The notes below the pieces were generated by a model. The model did not search any database. It was given only the letters and a program-made list of their open reading frames with translations, and had not been told where the DNA came from. The translations under genes were made by a program, and so were the position numbers. Shown here piece by piece: positions 1-11,031 of a stretch of 64,000 nt of DNA (within the stretch, counting starts at the first letter, position 1; every line of letters begins with the position of its first letter). Source of the DNA: Hypanus sabinus (taxonomy: Eukaryota); assembly GCF_030144855.1 (NCBI RefSeq), contig NC_082720.1, positions 39,742,001 to 39,806,000 of the forward strand, read 5' to 3'.

Positions 1-135
1 TTGAAGTGCTTGGACTACAGCACCACAAACATACACTTCCTGGCTACTTTATTAAGGAGGTACCTGATAAAGTGGCAAATTTATCAGATATCACACAATG
101 TGCAGAGCTGAGCAATTAGAATATTTTGTTCATGT

Positions 136-349
136 TGTAGCGGTGTGCTACAAGCAGCGCTAAAATTACGACACGGAGTCGGTAACTGCAGTCGAAGGAA
201 AAACTTTATTCGAAAACTTCAGCCTCACTTTTAAGCCTCTGTCAACCGGCCCCCCATGGTGAAGAGGCTCCAAAGCCCTGTGCTCGCAAACCCCCGTAGG
301 CTATCTAATTGTGAGTCGGTTCGGATACGCTAGGAAATGAGGCGCTACA
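136..349 (-). repeat. 3' LTR
   Basis: Direct repeat of 4138-4351 with 2 substitutions seen; minus-strand AATAAA at 205-210; adjoins the PPT. Confidence 0.97.
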
Positions 350-3300
350 TAACCCCCCCCCCAGAACCGGCGATACACCCCCCAATGTCCACAGCCTGGG
401 CCAGAACCTGCTTGGGAGGTCGGCCTCTGCGCCGAGGCGCCGGAAACTCGGCCGGTTGCGCCAGGTCCACATGGGCCGGCTTGAGGCGGTCCACCGTGAA
501 AACCTCCTCCTTCCCCCCAACGTCCAGCACGAACGTGGACCCGTTGTTCCGGAGCACCGTAAACGGCCCCTCGTATGGCCGCTGCAGCGGTGGCCGATGC
601 CCGCCCCTTCGTACAAACACAAACTTACAGTTCCGTAGGTCTTTGGGTACGCAGGTCGGGTGCCGCCCATGCTGTGAAGTGGGTATGGGGGCCAGGTTAC
701 CGAGCTTCTCGCGAAGTCTGCCCAGGACTGCAGCGGGTTCTTCCTCTTGCCCCCTCGGGGCTGGTAGGAACTCCCCGGGGATGGCCAGGGGCGCGCCGTA
801 TACCAACTCGGCCGACGAGGCGTGCAGGTCGTCCTTGGGCGCTGTGCGGATGCCGAGAAGGACCCAGGGAAGCTCGTCCGCCCAGTTGGCTCCTCGCAGG
901 CGGGCCATGAGGGCCGACATCAGGTGACGGTGGAAACGCTCCACTAGCCCGTTCGACTGTGGGTGGTAGGCAGTGGTGTGGTGCAGCTGAGTCCCCAAAA
1001 GGCTGGCCATAGCTGACCACAGGCTGGAGGTGAACTGGGCGCCTCTGTCGGAGGTAATGTGGGCTGGTACACCAAAGCGGGATATCCAGGTGGCGAGCAG
1101 GGCTCGGGCGCAAGATTCGGAGGTGGTGTCGGTGAGCGGGACCGCCTCTGGCCATCTTGTGAACCGGTCCACGATAGTCAGGAGGTAACGCGCTCCGCGC
1201 GACACTGGCAGGGGGCCCACGATATCCACATGAATGTGGTCGAAACGCCGGTGGGCGGGATGGAACTGCTGCGGTGGGGCTTTGGTGTGCCGCTGAACCT
1301 TGGCCGTCTGGCAGTGCATGCACGTTCTGGCCCATTCACTGACCTGTTTGCGGAGACCGTGCCAAACGAACCTGCTGGAAACCAGCCGGACAGTTGTCCG
1401 GATGGAGGGATGCGCCAAGTTATGAATGGAGTCGAAAACACGTCGCCGCCAGGCTGCGGGGACGACCGGACGGGGCTGGCCGGTGGCGACGTCACAGAGT
1501 AGGGTCCTCTCACCTGGGCCCACGGGGAAGTCCTGGAGCTGCAAACCAGAGACTGCAGTCCTGTAACTCGGAAGCTCCTCATCTACCTGCTGTGCCTCTG
1601 CCAGTGCCTCAAAGTCTACCCCTTGGGAAAGGGCATGAACGGTAGGGCGAGAGAGCGCATCCGCCACGACATTGTCCTTACCCGAGATGTGCCGGACATC
1701 CGTTGTGTATTCAGAGATGTAGGACAGGTGGCGTTGTTGGCGGGATGACCAGGGGTCGGATGCTTTCGTAAACGCAAAGGTAAGCGGTTTGTGGTCCGTG
1801 AACGCGGTGAAGGGCCGACCTTCTAGGAAGTACCTGAAATGCCGGATTGCCAGGTAGAGCGCCAACAGTTCCCGGTCAAAAGCACTGTACTTGAGCTCGG
1901 GTGGCCGCAGGTGTTTGCTGAAAAACGCCAGGGGTTGCCAGCGACCTGCGATGAGCTGCTCCAGCACCCCACCGACTGCCGTGTTTGATGCGTCCACTGT
2001 GAGGGCGGTAGGGGTGTCCATTCTGGGATGTACTAGCATTGCGGCGTCAGCCAAAGCTTCCTTCGTTTGAACGAAAGCGGCGGCGGACTCCTCGTCCCAG
2101 GTAATGTTCTTGCTCGGACCCGACATCAGGGCGAACAGGGGGCGCATGATCCGGGCAGCTGAAGGGAGGAAGCGGCGGTAGAAATTGACCATACCTACGA
2201 ATTCCTGAAGGCCTTTGATCGTGGTGGGTCGGGGGAAGTGGCGGACAGCATCTACCTTAGCGGGCAGAGGGGTTGCCCCGTCTTTAGTAATCCTGTGGCC
2301 CAGGAAGTCAATGGTATCAAGTCCGAACTGGCATTTGGCAGGGTTGATTGTAAGACCGTACTCACTCAGTCGGGCGCAGAGTTGACGGAGGTGGGACAGA
2401 TGCTCCTGACGACTGCCGCTGGCTATGAGGATGTCATCCAAATAGATGAACGCGAAGTCCAGGTCCCGTCCCACCGCGTCCATTAACCGCTGGAACGTCT
2501 GTGCGGCATTCTTCAGGCCGAACGGCATGCGGAGGAACTCGAAGAGGCCAAACGGGGTGATGAGAGCCGTTTTGGGGACGTCGTCAGGATGCATCGGGAT
2601 TTGATGGTACCCTCGGACAAGGTCGACCTTGGAGAAGATCCGGGCGCCGTGCAGGTTTGCCGCAAAGTCCTGAATGTGCGGCACAGGGTAGCGGTCCGGT
2701 GTGGTAGCCTCGTTCAGCCTGCGGTAGTCGCCGCACGGTCTCCAGCCCCCCGTCGCTTTGGGCACCATGTGCAGGGGGGAAGCCCAGGGGCTGTCGGACC
2801 GCCGGATGATCCCCAATTCCTCCATTCTCTGGAACTCCTCCTTCGCCAGTCGGAGCTTGTCCGGGGGAAGCCGCCGAGCACGGGCATGGAGGGGTGGTCC
2901 CTGTGTCGGGATGTGGTGCTGTACGCCGTGCCTGGGCATGGCTGCTGTGAACTGCGGTGCCAGAACCGATGGGAACTCCGCCAGGACCCTGGTGAAATCA
3001 TTGTCGGACAGCGTGATGGAGCCGAGGTGAGGGGCTGGCAACTGGGCCGCGCCCAGGGAGAATGTCTGAAAGGTCTCGGCGTGTACCAGTCTCTTCCTGG
3101 GCAGGTCAACCAGCAGGCTGTGAGCTCGCAAAAAATCCGCACCCAGAAGCGGTTGGGCTACGGCGGCCAGTGTGAAGTCCCACGTGAACTGGCTGGGGCC
3201 GAACAGTAGCTGCACCTGACGGGTGCCATAGGTCCTTACTGTGCTGCCATTCACGGCCCTCAGGGGGGGACCCGGTGCCCTGCTGCGGGTGTCATAACTC

Positions 3301-3437
3301 GTCGGAGGTAAAACGCTGATCTCAGCCCCAGTATCGACCAAAAACCGGCGTCCCGACCTTCTATCCCACACATACAGGAGGCTATCCCGATGGCCAGCCG
3401 CCGTAGCCATCAGCGGCGGCTGGCCCTGGCGTTTCCC
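345..3437 (-). CDS. pol: Gypsy Pol polyprotein (protease, RT, RNase H, integrase), intact, probably made by -1 frameshift from gag
   Basis: Open frame 345-3500. Motifs: [10 protein letters not shown] (PR), YLDD (RT), VDAS/RELLA/TDH (RNase H), HNLAH...CMHC zinc finger, VDIVG/TSDRG/LVERFH (DDE integrase), RPYEGPF (GPY/F). Stop codon lies inside the 3' LTR. Confidence 0.95.
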   Translation of the reverse strand, partial: GKRQGQPPLMATAAGHRDSLLYVWDRRSGRRFLVDTGAEISVLPPTSYDTRSRAPGPPLRAVNGSTVRTYGTRQVQLLFGPSQFTWDFTLAAVAQPLLGADFLRAHSLLVDLPRKRLVHAETFQTFSLGAAQLPAPHLGSITLSDNDFTRVLAEFPSVLAPQFTAAMPRHGVQHHIPTQGPPLHARARRLPPDKLRLAKEEFQRMEELGIIRRSDSPWASPLHMVPKATGGWRPCGDYRRLNEATTPDRYPVPHIQDFAANLHGARIFSKVDLVRGYHQIPMHPDDVPKTALITPFGLFEFLRMPFGLKNAAQTFQRLMDAVGRDLDFAFIYLDDILIASGSRQEHLSHLRQLCARLSEYGLTINPAKCQFGLDTIDFLGHRITKDGATPLPAKVDAVRHFPRPTTIKGLQEFVGMVNFYRRFLPSAARIMRPLFALMSGPSKNITWDEESAAAFVQTKEALADAAMLVHPRMDTPTALTVDASNTAVGGVLEQLIAGRWQPLAFFSKHLRPPELKYSAFDRELLALYLAIRHFRYFLEGRPFTAFTDHKPLTFAFTKASDPWSSRQQRHLSYISEYTTDVRHISGKDNVVADALSRPTVHALSQGVDFEALAEAQQVDEELPSYRTAVSGLQLQDFPVGPGERTLLCDVATGQPRPVVPAAWRRRVFDSIHNLAHPSIRTTVRLVSSRFVWHGLRKQVSEWARTCMHCQTAKVQRHTKAPPQQFHPAHRRFDHIHVDIVGPLPVSRGARYLLTIVDRFTRWPEAVPLTDTTSESCARALLATWISRFGVPAHITSDRGAQFTSSLWSAMASLLGTQLHHTTAYHPQSNGLVERFHRHLMSALMARLRGANWADELPWVLLGIRTAPKDDLHASSAELVYGAPLAIPGEFLPAPRGQEEEPAAVLGRLREKLGNLAPIPTSQHGRHPTCVPKDLRNCKFVFVRRGGHRPPLQRPYEGPFTVLRNNGSTFVLDVGGKEEVFTVDRLKPAHVDLAQPAEFPAPRRRGRPPKQVLAQAVDIGGCIAGSGGGVM
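350..362 (-). promoter_or_regulatory. Polypurine tract (PPT)
   Basis: Minus strand reads GGGGGGGGGGTTA immediately before the 3' LTR. Confidence 0.85.
3380..3437 (-). promoter_or_regulatory. Programmed -1 ribosomal frameshift signal (G_GGA_AAC plus stem-loop/pseudoknot)
   Basis: Heptamer at 3437-3431 in gag frame, pol in the -1 frame; perfect 12-bp stem (3425-3414 with 3403-3392) starts 5 nt downstream. Confidence 0.85.
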
Positions 3438-4097
3438 GGGAACTTGCAGGGCGGGCGGCAACGGCGGGCTTCTGCGCCCCACCGCTGGTGGTAGAAGCAC
3501 CAGTGGTCATTGGGCCGGGGGTTAGTGGGCTCTGCGGCCGGGCCTGGACTGATTTGCTGCCGGGAGCGTGGCTGGGAGATCTGTGCGATGGACGCCCCGC
3601 TCACCTTTTTGGCGTTCCACAGCAAGTCCGCCCGGGCTGCCACCTTCCGGGGGGTCACTGAAATCCGCGTCGGACAGCAGCAGGCGTATGTCCTCGGGCA
3701 GCTGCTCCAGGAATGCCTGCTCAAACATGAGGCCTGTGTGTCCCTCGGCCAGAGACAACATCTCATTCATTAAAGCCGATGGAGGTCTGTCGCCCAAGCC
3801 ATCCAGGTGCAGTAAACGGGCAGCCCGCTCGCGCCGTGAGAGTCCGAAAGTCCTGAGGAGCAGGGCTTTGAATTCCGTGTACTTGCCGTCTGCCGGGGGC
3901 GACTGTACGAACTCCGCGACCTGGGCAGCTGTGTCCTGGTCGAGGGAGCCCACCACGTAGTAGTAGCGGGTGTCTTCTGAGGTGATCTGGCGAACGTGGA
4001 ATTGGGCTTCGGCTTGCTGGAACCATAGGTCCGGGCGCTGTGTCCAGAAACCCGGCAGTTTCAACAAAACCGCATGAACAGAGGCGGCGTCGGTCAT
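3410..4097 (-). pseudogene. gag: Gag with CHCC zinc knuckle, broken by an apparent 1-nt insertion in the G6 run at 3649-3654
   Basis: ATG at 4097 (MTDAASV...KLPGFW...WFQQAEAQF). Removing one base joins DFSDP to RKVAARADLLW...[18 protein letters not shown]...RR*, a 228-aa Gag. Confidence 0.88.
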
Positions 4098-4121
4098 TTC
4101 TGGTCCAAAAATCGTTTGGAC

Positions 4122-4135
4122 CGTCGGGGTCACCA
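4122..4135 (-). promoter_or_regulatory. Primer binding site complementary to tRNA-Trp
   Basis: TGGTGACCCCGACG, 2 nt after the 5' LTR, complements the 3' end of vertebrate tRNA-Trp (...CGUCGGGGUCACCA). Confidence 0.88.
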
Positions 4136-4137
4136 AT

Positions 4138-4351
4138 TGTAGCGGTGTGCTACAAGCAGCGCTAAAATTACGACACGGAGTCGGTAACTGCAGTCGAAGG
4201 AAAAACTTTATTCGAAAACTTCAGCCTCACTTTTAAGCCTCTGTCAACCAGCCCCCCATGGCGAAGAGGCTCCAAAGCCCTGTGCTCGCAAACCCCCGTA
4301 GGCTATCTAATTGTGAGTCGGTTCGGATACGCTAGGAAATGAGGCGCTACA
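4138..4351 (-). repeat. 5' LTR
   Basis: Direct repeat of 136-349, adjacent to the PBS. Confidence 0.97.
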
Positions 4352-4544
4352 ATGTATAAAATATACATTTTCCTGATAATTTATGATCCTGAATTCTGAT
4401 AGATAACAATATTATTGTAATTAATAAATAGTTATTGTTGTAATGAATGCTATGTTAAGGGAGCATTCCCCCCTCCCCCACCCCCCCACACACACAATGC
4501 AAGCATAGACATACAATTATGCCTTCTAAAGATATTTTACAGCA

Positions 4545-4715
4545 ACCATGTAGCACAGGATATGGGAAGAAACCAGAACATTCAAGGAAATCCATGAAGT
4601 CACAGCGAGAATGTGCAAAGAAGAATGTCCAGTCTCCACACAGACAGCAGCAGAGGACAGGCCACTGGAGCGCTGAGGTAGCAGCTCAAACTGCTACTCT
4701 ATGTGCCATTCATCA
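4545..4715 (-). mobile_element. V-SINE (HE1-like) fragment
   Basis: Reverse-complement match to the V-domain core also seen at about 7100-7145; ends approximate. Confidence 0.55.
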
Positions 4716-5886
4716 CCGATTTGCTAACCATCGGTATCAGCGCCATACTTCATGTCACATCCTACAGCTCACTTCACATACTCATCAAATTGCTATTCAT
4801 AACCTGCGGACATTAGCAGCTATTCACAAGGATAGTACATGATATTGCATGGGATATCAACAGACCCAATTCTCCTTGCCTTACTTCTCCTTATTCTCAC
4901 AACTTCTTCTGATTCAGAAAGCTGAAGTTGACATAGGTACATCTGTACATCTTACTTACCTTAAATATCAAATACCTCTTCTCCATTTTGCGCTTCAGAG
5001 GCTCAAGTACTGAACTTCCCCAATTATAAGAAGGAGGAAGAAATCAGTGAGGATAAAGTGACACTGGTTAGAGACATGATATACTTCAAAACAAAAATAA
5101 AGGAGGCTCTGAATGTGATGAGACATCAGGTCCATAACATTTAGGGCAGAGACACGAATGGGATGTGTTTTCATCTGCTGAAGGCTAGGCCATGATTAGT
5201 TCTGCTCAAAGCACAGATGGTAAAGATAACAGATTTAAGTTGCGCTTTGAAAGCGTGGGACTGCTGCCATATGAGCTCAACTTGCCCTTATTGTGAATGG
5301 ATACAACTATTTCACTGTCTTCTAAGCTGCAGCAGTTAGTAAATACAGGCTAAAGGGTATATTGGCAACTCTGTTACTTAAAACAAGAATGGGAAAGCAT
5401 TATAAATAGATTAAGGAAGTTGATTGGATGGAGTGTATAGCTCAAAGATAGCACGGTTAATGTCAAATCATTAATGCAGGCTGTTAAAGTCATGATCTTT
5501 CTGCTCTGTGTTCCACTACAAATGCTTAGCTGTGCATACACAAAGCTGCTGACCAACTATGTGAACACATCAATACATTTTTGAACATTAGATGGTTGTA
5601 CAGTGGCTTAAAAATGCATGCCATATATCCCGAATAATTTTTATGTTAACTTCCGTTATATGGAAATCATTAGCAAGCATTTATTTCAAACTCCGAAAGG
5701 TTTAAAAACGACTTATGGATATTATTATCATCCAAATAACAGATTTTCAGTTTTATATGTAGTGTAATCATTGGAAGCTGGGTGTTCATCATTATTATTT
5801 TTAGCATATGTAAAGCTATAATGAATGGTTTTGATGTGTAATTGCAGCTGTAGAGGGTTGGGTGTACATGCTTGATGAAGGCTGAC

Positions 5887-6038
5887 CTTTATTTCCGATG
5901 GGAAATCATCCCTTTTCACTAGACCTGTGGCTGCAGCAATGTTTCCAGCTCCATCCACTGTCTTCTGAGCCACAGCTGAGACTCCTGTGATAACTGCACC
6001 ACCCACCAAAGAGGCCTGCTCCTTTGTCTTCTCAGCCA
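5887..6038 (-). CDS. sncb: Beta-synuclein, third coding exon (152 nt)
   Basis: ttgctttatag acceptor, AAG|gtcagc donor; encodes (V)[50 protein letters not shown]; phase matches the preceding exon. Confidence 0.93.
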
Positions 6039-7010
6039 CTATAAAGCAAGCAAGATTGCTTTAATACATATTTAAAAAAAACATATCTTATTTCAGTTCC
6101 TAAATGACACTGTTTTAATCAATTTGAAATTTACTGCTTAAACTGTTTATCTTTTTAGGATCTTTTAAATGTTTATGTCCATTTATCGATGTTTTATTTC
6201 AAGAAAAAATCATTTTGGAATAGAAATGTAATTTTTATTCATAGATGCTGGAAATTTTTAAATGGACTGCCTGTCCTTAGCTGGTTATGCAATATTGATT
6301 TTGTTTGAGAAAGCAGAAAGAACTAAAGCCCAACTTATGTGATAGCCTGTAAGAAAGGGTTATAAAACATAGAAACATAGAAAGTAAGAGCAGAAAAGGC
6401 CATTCAGCTTCACCACACAAAAAGATCATGACTGATCATCTAACTTGTAACTTCATTCCCAATATCTCTCATACCTCTTAATGATTTTTGTGTCTGAAAC
6501 AATTCTAAAATAAATTTATTATTTGAAGAGTTTTAACAAAGGAGTATCATGAGCAATTCAATATCATTAACAGTTGAAACTGATCAGGTTGCATCCTTCA
6601 AAATTTTCAAAAGCATTATGAGTTGGTAAGGATATCACAACAAGATAGTCATCATGCTCAAGGTTCTGCTGTGGTTTGAGAACAGTAACATTTAGGGCCG
6701 GACACTGTTGAAGAAGCTGTTAAGGTCTGAACTTTTTTAAAAGATTGCTGAGGCTGCTTCCAAGCTAGAACAAGAAACATCAGCTACATTTCACTGTTAG
6801 ATAAACACTGTGGTATCACAGGGGTCACAGTTAGCTTGTGCTGCATAACAATTGACTTCTTCCTTTGTCAAAAAGCAATGCACAGCATGAACTTCCCGAA
6901 GACCATGAACTTCCTGAAGGAGCCAAGTCAGAGATTCAGATATAATCCTTAACCATAAAAGCTTCAACTCCTGGAGAGTGCAACCCGTCTGTCACTATAT
7001 ACAACACATA

Positions 7011-7255
7011 GCCATGGTAGAATAACAGCTAGCATGATGCTATTACAGTTTGGAGCACTGGAGTTCAAAGTTCAATTATGGCATCCTCTGCAAAGACCAT
7101 GGGTTTCCTCCAGGAGCTCTGCTTTCCTCCCACAGTCCAAAGACATGCCACTTAGTAGGTTAATTAGTCATTGTAAATTATCCAGTGGTTAGGCTAAGGT
7201 TAAGTCAAAGGGTTGCTGGGTGGTGTGGCTCAGTGTGCTGTATCTCTAAATAAAA
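7011..7255 (+). mobile_element. V-SINE (HE1-like)
   Basis: GGGTTTCCTCCAGGAGCTCTGCTTTCCTCCCACAGTCCAAAGAC V-domain core, tRNA-like head, A-rich tail; ends approximate. Confidence 0.7.
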
Positions 7256-8394
7256 AATATAACATTACAATTGCCAGATTTTACTGTTGCACCTTTATCT
7301 TTCAGCCACTATGCCAGTCACAACAATGGATATCTTTTCATTGTCCAGAATGAAATCAATGCTAAGAGCAACAAGTGCCTTAACAAGAACCAACCAGCTG
7401 CTAACTAATCAAACAGACTGCTGGCATCCTCAAATGATGCTAGTGCTCACTGAACCATCATGAAGAAGCCTTGTGATATACCAAATAGCTAGTACACCCA
7501 AAAACAATACGCGGTTGGATGATAATATTTCAGCTTCCCTTTAAACAGAGCAGGAGTCATCCATACTCTGCATTTTGTAGGTCTCCTAATCAGTTTGCAC
7601 AATGCTGGGCAATCAGATAAGCTCAACTTTTCCCAACAATCACAGGATTAGAACTAAAATGGGAAGAGAAGAAAAAGACACAGGAAGGAAAAAAAAGGCA
7701 ATATATAGGAGTTCATTCCAGCTGAGCAATCAGAGAACAACGGATTATACCATGCATTCAGTTTTCATCTTGTGTTTTCTTTGTTGCTCAACAGCAATGC
7801 TTGCTTGAGAACACTGACAGAATAAAAGCCAATGCTATCAACTCTTCAAACTATATTTAGACATCCATCCAGAAACAAATCTACTGTATACAAACTTTAA
7901 TTAATCACTGTGCAATTTGTCTGAGTTCGTGCCCTGTGCATCTTCCCTTGACCTCGTGTTCTACCAATGGCTACGGCATGTCTGCAGACTGCAGCCGGGA
8001 AGACTGCGGACTTTCAGTAGGGAGAATGTCCAGTAGGCTCAGTGAGAGATTGCACCTCTCATCACAAACAGTAGTACCCAAACTGGCTGGTAGATGAGAA
8101 ACAGCAGTCATTAGAGAAGACAGCAGTGAAATCATGTATACTGCTATTCTGCAGGGACCAACAGATTTATGCTCCATAGACTCACTGTCAACTTCCCAAG
8201 GCAAGTCTCAGCAAATCTCAGGAACAGACAGTAGAAGTGCTGCGAATTCTACAAAATCTTTTAAACACTTGCATCTAGGGCCATGATGGTACCAGTTTGA
8301 GCTTGCATGGTTGCAAGAAAACCTGACATGAGAACAGTCTGAGCTTGCATGGTTGATATCTGAATTTCTACTACAAAATTCAGATAATATGTCA

Positions 8395-9326
8395 ATGATT
8401 TGGAGTTTGGAATTGATAACTTTGTAGTGAAGTTTGCGGACAATACGAAGATGGGTGGAGATGCAGGTTGTGCTGAGGAATCAGGGAGTCTGCAGAAGGA
8501 CTTAGAATGAGGGAATGGGCAAAGAAGTGGTAGATAGAAAACACTGTATGGAAGTGTATGGTAGTGCACTTTGGTAAAAGGGATAAAGGCATGGACGATT
8601 TTCTAAATGGGGAAAAACTAAAAAATAACAGATGCCAAAGGACTTGGGAGTCCTTGTGCAGGGTTCTCTAAAGGATAACTTGCAGGTTGAGTTGACGGTA
8701 AGGAAAGCAAATGAAATATTAGCATTCATTTGGAAAGGACTAGAGTGTAAGAGCAAAGATGTATTGCTTTATAAAGCATTGGTCAGACCATACCTGGAGT
8801 ACTGTGAGCAGTTTTGGGCCCCTTATCTAAGAAAATGTGCTTGCATTGGAGAAGGTCCAGAGATGTTCATGAGAATGATTCCAGGAAAGAAAGGGTTAAT
8901 GTATGTAGCGCATTTGATGGTGTTTAGAAGAATGAGGGGAGAATCTCATTGAAACCTATCAACTATTGAAAGGCCTAGATAGAATGGATCCAGAAATATT
9001 GTTTCCTATAGTGGGGAAGTCCAAGACTGGAGGGCAAGCCTCAGAACAGAGGGACAGCCACTTATAAGGGAGATGAGGAGTAATTTCATTACCTAGAGGG
9101 TAGTGAGTCTATGGAATTTGTTGCTGCAGATGGCTGTAGAGACTAAATCATTGACTATATTTAAAGCGGCCGTTGATAGGTTCTCGATTAGTCCAGATGT
9201 CTAGGGTTATGGAGAAAAGGCAGGAGAGTGGGGTTGAAAGGGTTAAGAACTCTGCCACAATGGAATGGCAGAGCAGACTCAATGAATTGAAGTGCCCAAT
9301 TCTGCTCCTATGTCTTGTGGTCTTGT
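8395..9326 (+). mobile_element. CR1 LINE, 5'-truncated and degenerate
   Basis: KFADNTK, DLGVLV and LYKALVRPYLEYCEQFWAPY ORF2 motifs, followed by a CR1-type 3' tail. Confidence 0.88.
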
Positions 9327-10437
9327 AATGGATGACTTCTGCTTCTGTTTAATGGGTAACTGAAATACCAGTCATCCAGCCATACATAGTGATTGGGTGT
9401 GCTAGCTTTGAAGTGGGGTTTCTGTCACTTTCACAAGAGGAAAGAAGGGCCCCAATCTCAATACAAAGCCCTTTACAAGGTTATCACTGGACTCGCTGCA
9501 GCTCAAAGATATCACATACATACTTTTGATCAAGCTTAGCAATGCATCAAGCATTTCATTACGGAAACTCATGAGCTTGCTTCAGAAGATTGTTTGCCCA
9601 CTGTTTTTACCTGTGTATGGCCATGCCTAATAAAGAATTGAAACCTTTTTTATTTTACAAAATACACTCTCCGTAGGCTATTTATGTACAGTGACTCACT
9701 ATATGAAGTTGTCTACTCCTAAGCTAATCTCTATGGTAATTCTATGAAGAGTTTGTATCTGAACTACTGACAAGTTTTAGGTCTAATGTTGGAGTGCACT
9801 CATTTTCCTGTCTTGGTATGAGTCAATGATTGCCCTGGTTTGACTTCCTGGCTAACCGAACGGGCAGTACTGAGATGAAGTTGCTGGGTGCACCACTTGT
9901 TAATCATCGGAGAGTTTGAAATCATCAAGTAGCGAACAGCGGGAAGGATTAGGTATAATCATCAATGTGTCAGTGTCAGTTTTAGCTATGGACATTTTAT
10001 TGACAGCTCTAATTATGATTTGGATTCTCTCCTCTAGGTAGCAGGTTCTGTCTAGTTTTTGCTTCTGCTCATTGAAAGGTGCTTTCTCTTAAATAAAAGA
10101 GGGAAATATGTTAATATATGTTGTTTAGATTATGTGTCTGTCCTGGGAGAATTCCTAGCAGTCTAAAAAGTTGTGAGATTTGCAAATAATGCTTGGAAAG
10201 TGGTGCAGCACATGAGGAAATGATGTACCAAATGAAATTTAGGCCCCTAGATGATAGAGATTATTGGTAGTGAATGATAAGGCCATGTGCATTGAGCAAG
10301 GCTAGTGGTTTCTTTGGGGAGATATGGCATTTGAAGATTTGTTCAATGATCTTGACAATGCTTGTGTGATCATTGCATATTTTGTCTCACCACATTCATG
10401 TGCTTGGAGCTGCTCTACCCACATAACCCAATACAAC

Positions 10438-11031
10438 TGTTGGAAAGGAGAGGAGAGAGAGAGATACCGCTTCTACCTCTTCCAATGATTCTAGTGAGGC
10501 ACAGAGAGATTGGTATTTACTGACAATTACCTTTATTGTTCAAACTAACAAATACGTGAATTCATACATTAAATACCTTGTGCGCACAACTGCTAAGTAC
10601 CCCTGACTCTCCTGGATAGTCAAAGAATAGCAAAGGTATTACCCAGGCAGAGGAATTTACGCTGGCCAGGCGCTCCTTGTTCCTCGTGGTCCCGACTCAC
10701 TCTCCACGTGTTCACACAGGGTTCTTCTCGCTAGTGTCTGCGATGGTTATTCTTCAAAGTTACCGCCACCGGTGCACACAAAGCATCCACTTTTATATCC
10801 ATTGCTTATCAATTCAAATGTCGCATTCCCATGTCATTGGCCGCAGGTCATGTGTCTGGCCTTTAGCACCTGGTCATTGGCTCTGGTCCAAAGCAGCATC
10901 CATCTATTGTCCTCTCCCCACCAAAGGACAGTTGCTGACTCATGGCTCTTTGTTCTCAGTCAGCAATGAGCTTGAATCACCTCAGGCATTCACAAGTCTG
11001 CATGTTACAGCCAACCAAAGAACACCTCACA
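10438..11031 (-). mobile_element. Putative solo LTR (about 594 bp)
   Basis: Minus strand starts TGTGAGG and ends CCAACA; TATAAAA near 10795 and AATAAA near 10535 in the expected order; flanks tACAAC and aACAAC. Confidence 0.6.

Larger units (their letters stand above)
136..4351 (-). mobile_element. Full-length Ty3/Gypsy LTR retrotransposon, CsRn1/Kabuki-like lineage (4216 bp)
   Basis: Two 214-bp LTRs (136-349, 4138-4351) with TGTAGCG...CGCTACA ends; 4-bp TSD ATGT (132-135, 4352-4355); PBS and PPT present; gag followed by PR-RT-RNaseH-IN pol. Confidence 0.97.

Noticed and set aside
305-4026. Many overlapping and antisense ORFs inside the LTR element (337-927, 697-1335, 2589-3209 and others)
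   Set aside because: Expected shadow ORFs of GC-rich gag/pol sequence; no recognisable domains.
136-4351. GC-rich segment as bacterial contamination or misassembly
   Set aside because: It is bounded by LTRs with a matching TSD, and a related solo LTR occurs at 17824, so it is a real insertion.
4870-5030. Strong minus-strand donor (AAG|gtaagt near 4959) and an ESEEV-like stretch as the missing synuclein tail exon
   Set aside because: Translations are basic (KRKMEKRYLIFK) or contain stops, unlike the acidic synuclein tail; more like a decayed Penelope endonuclease end.
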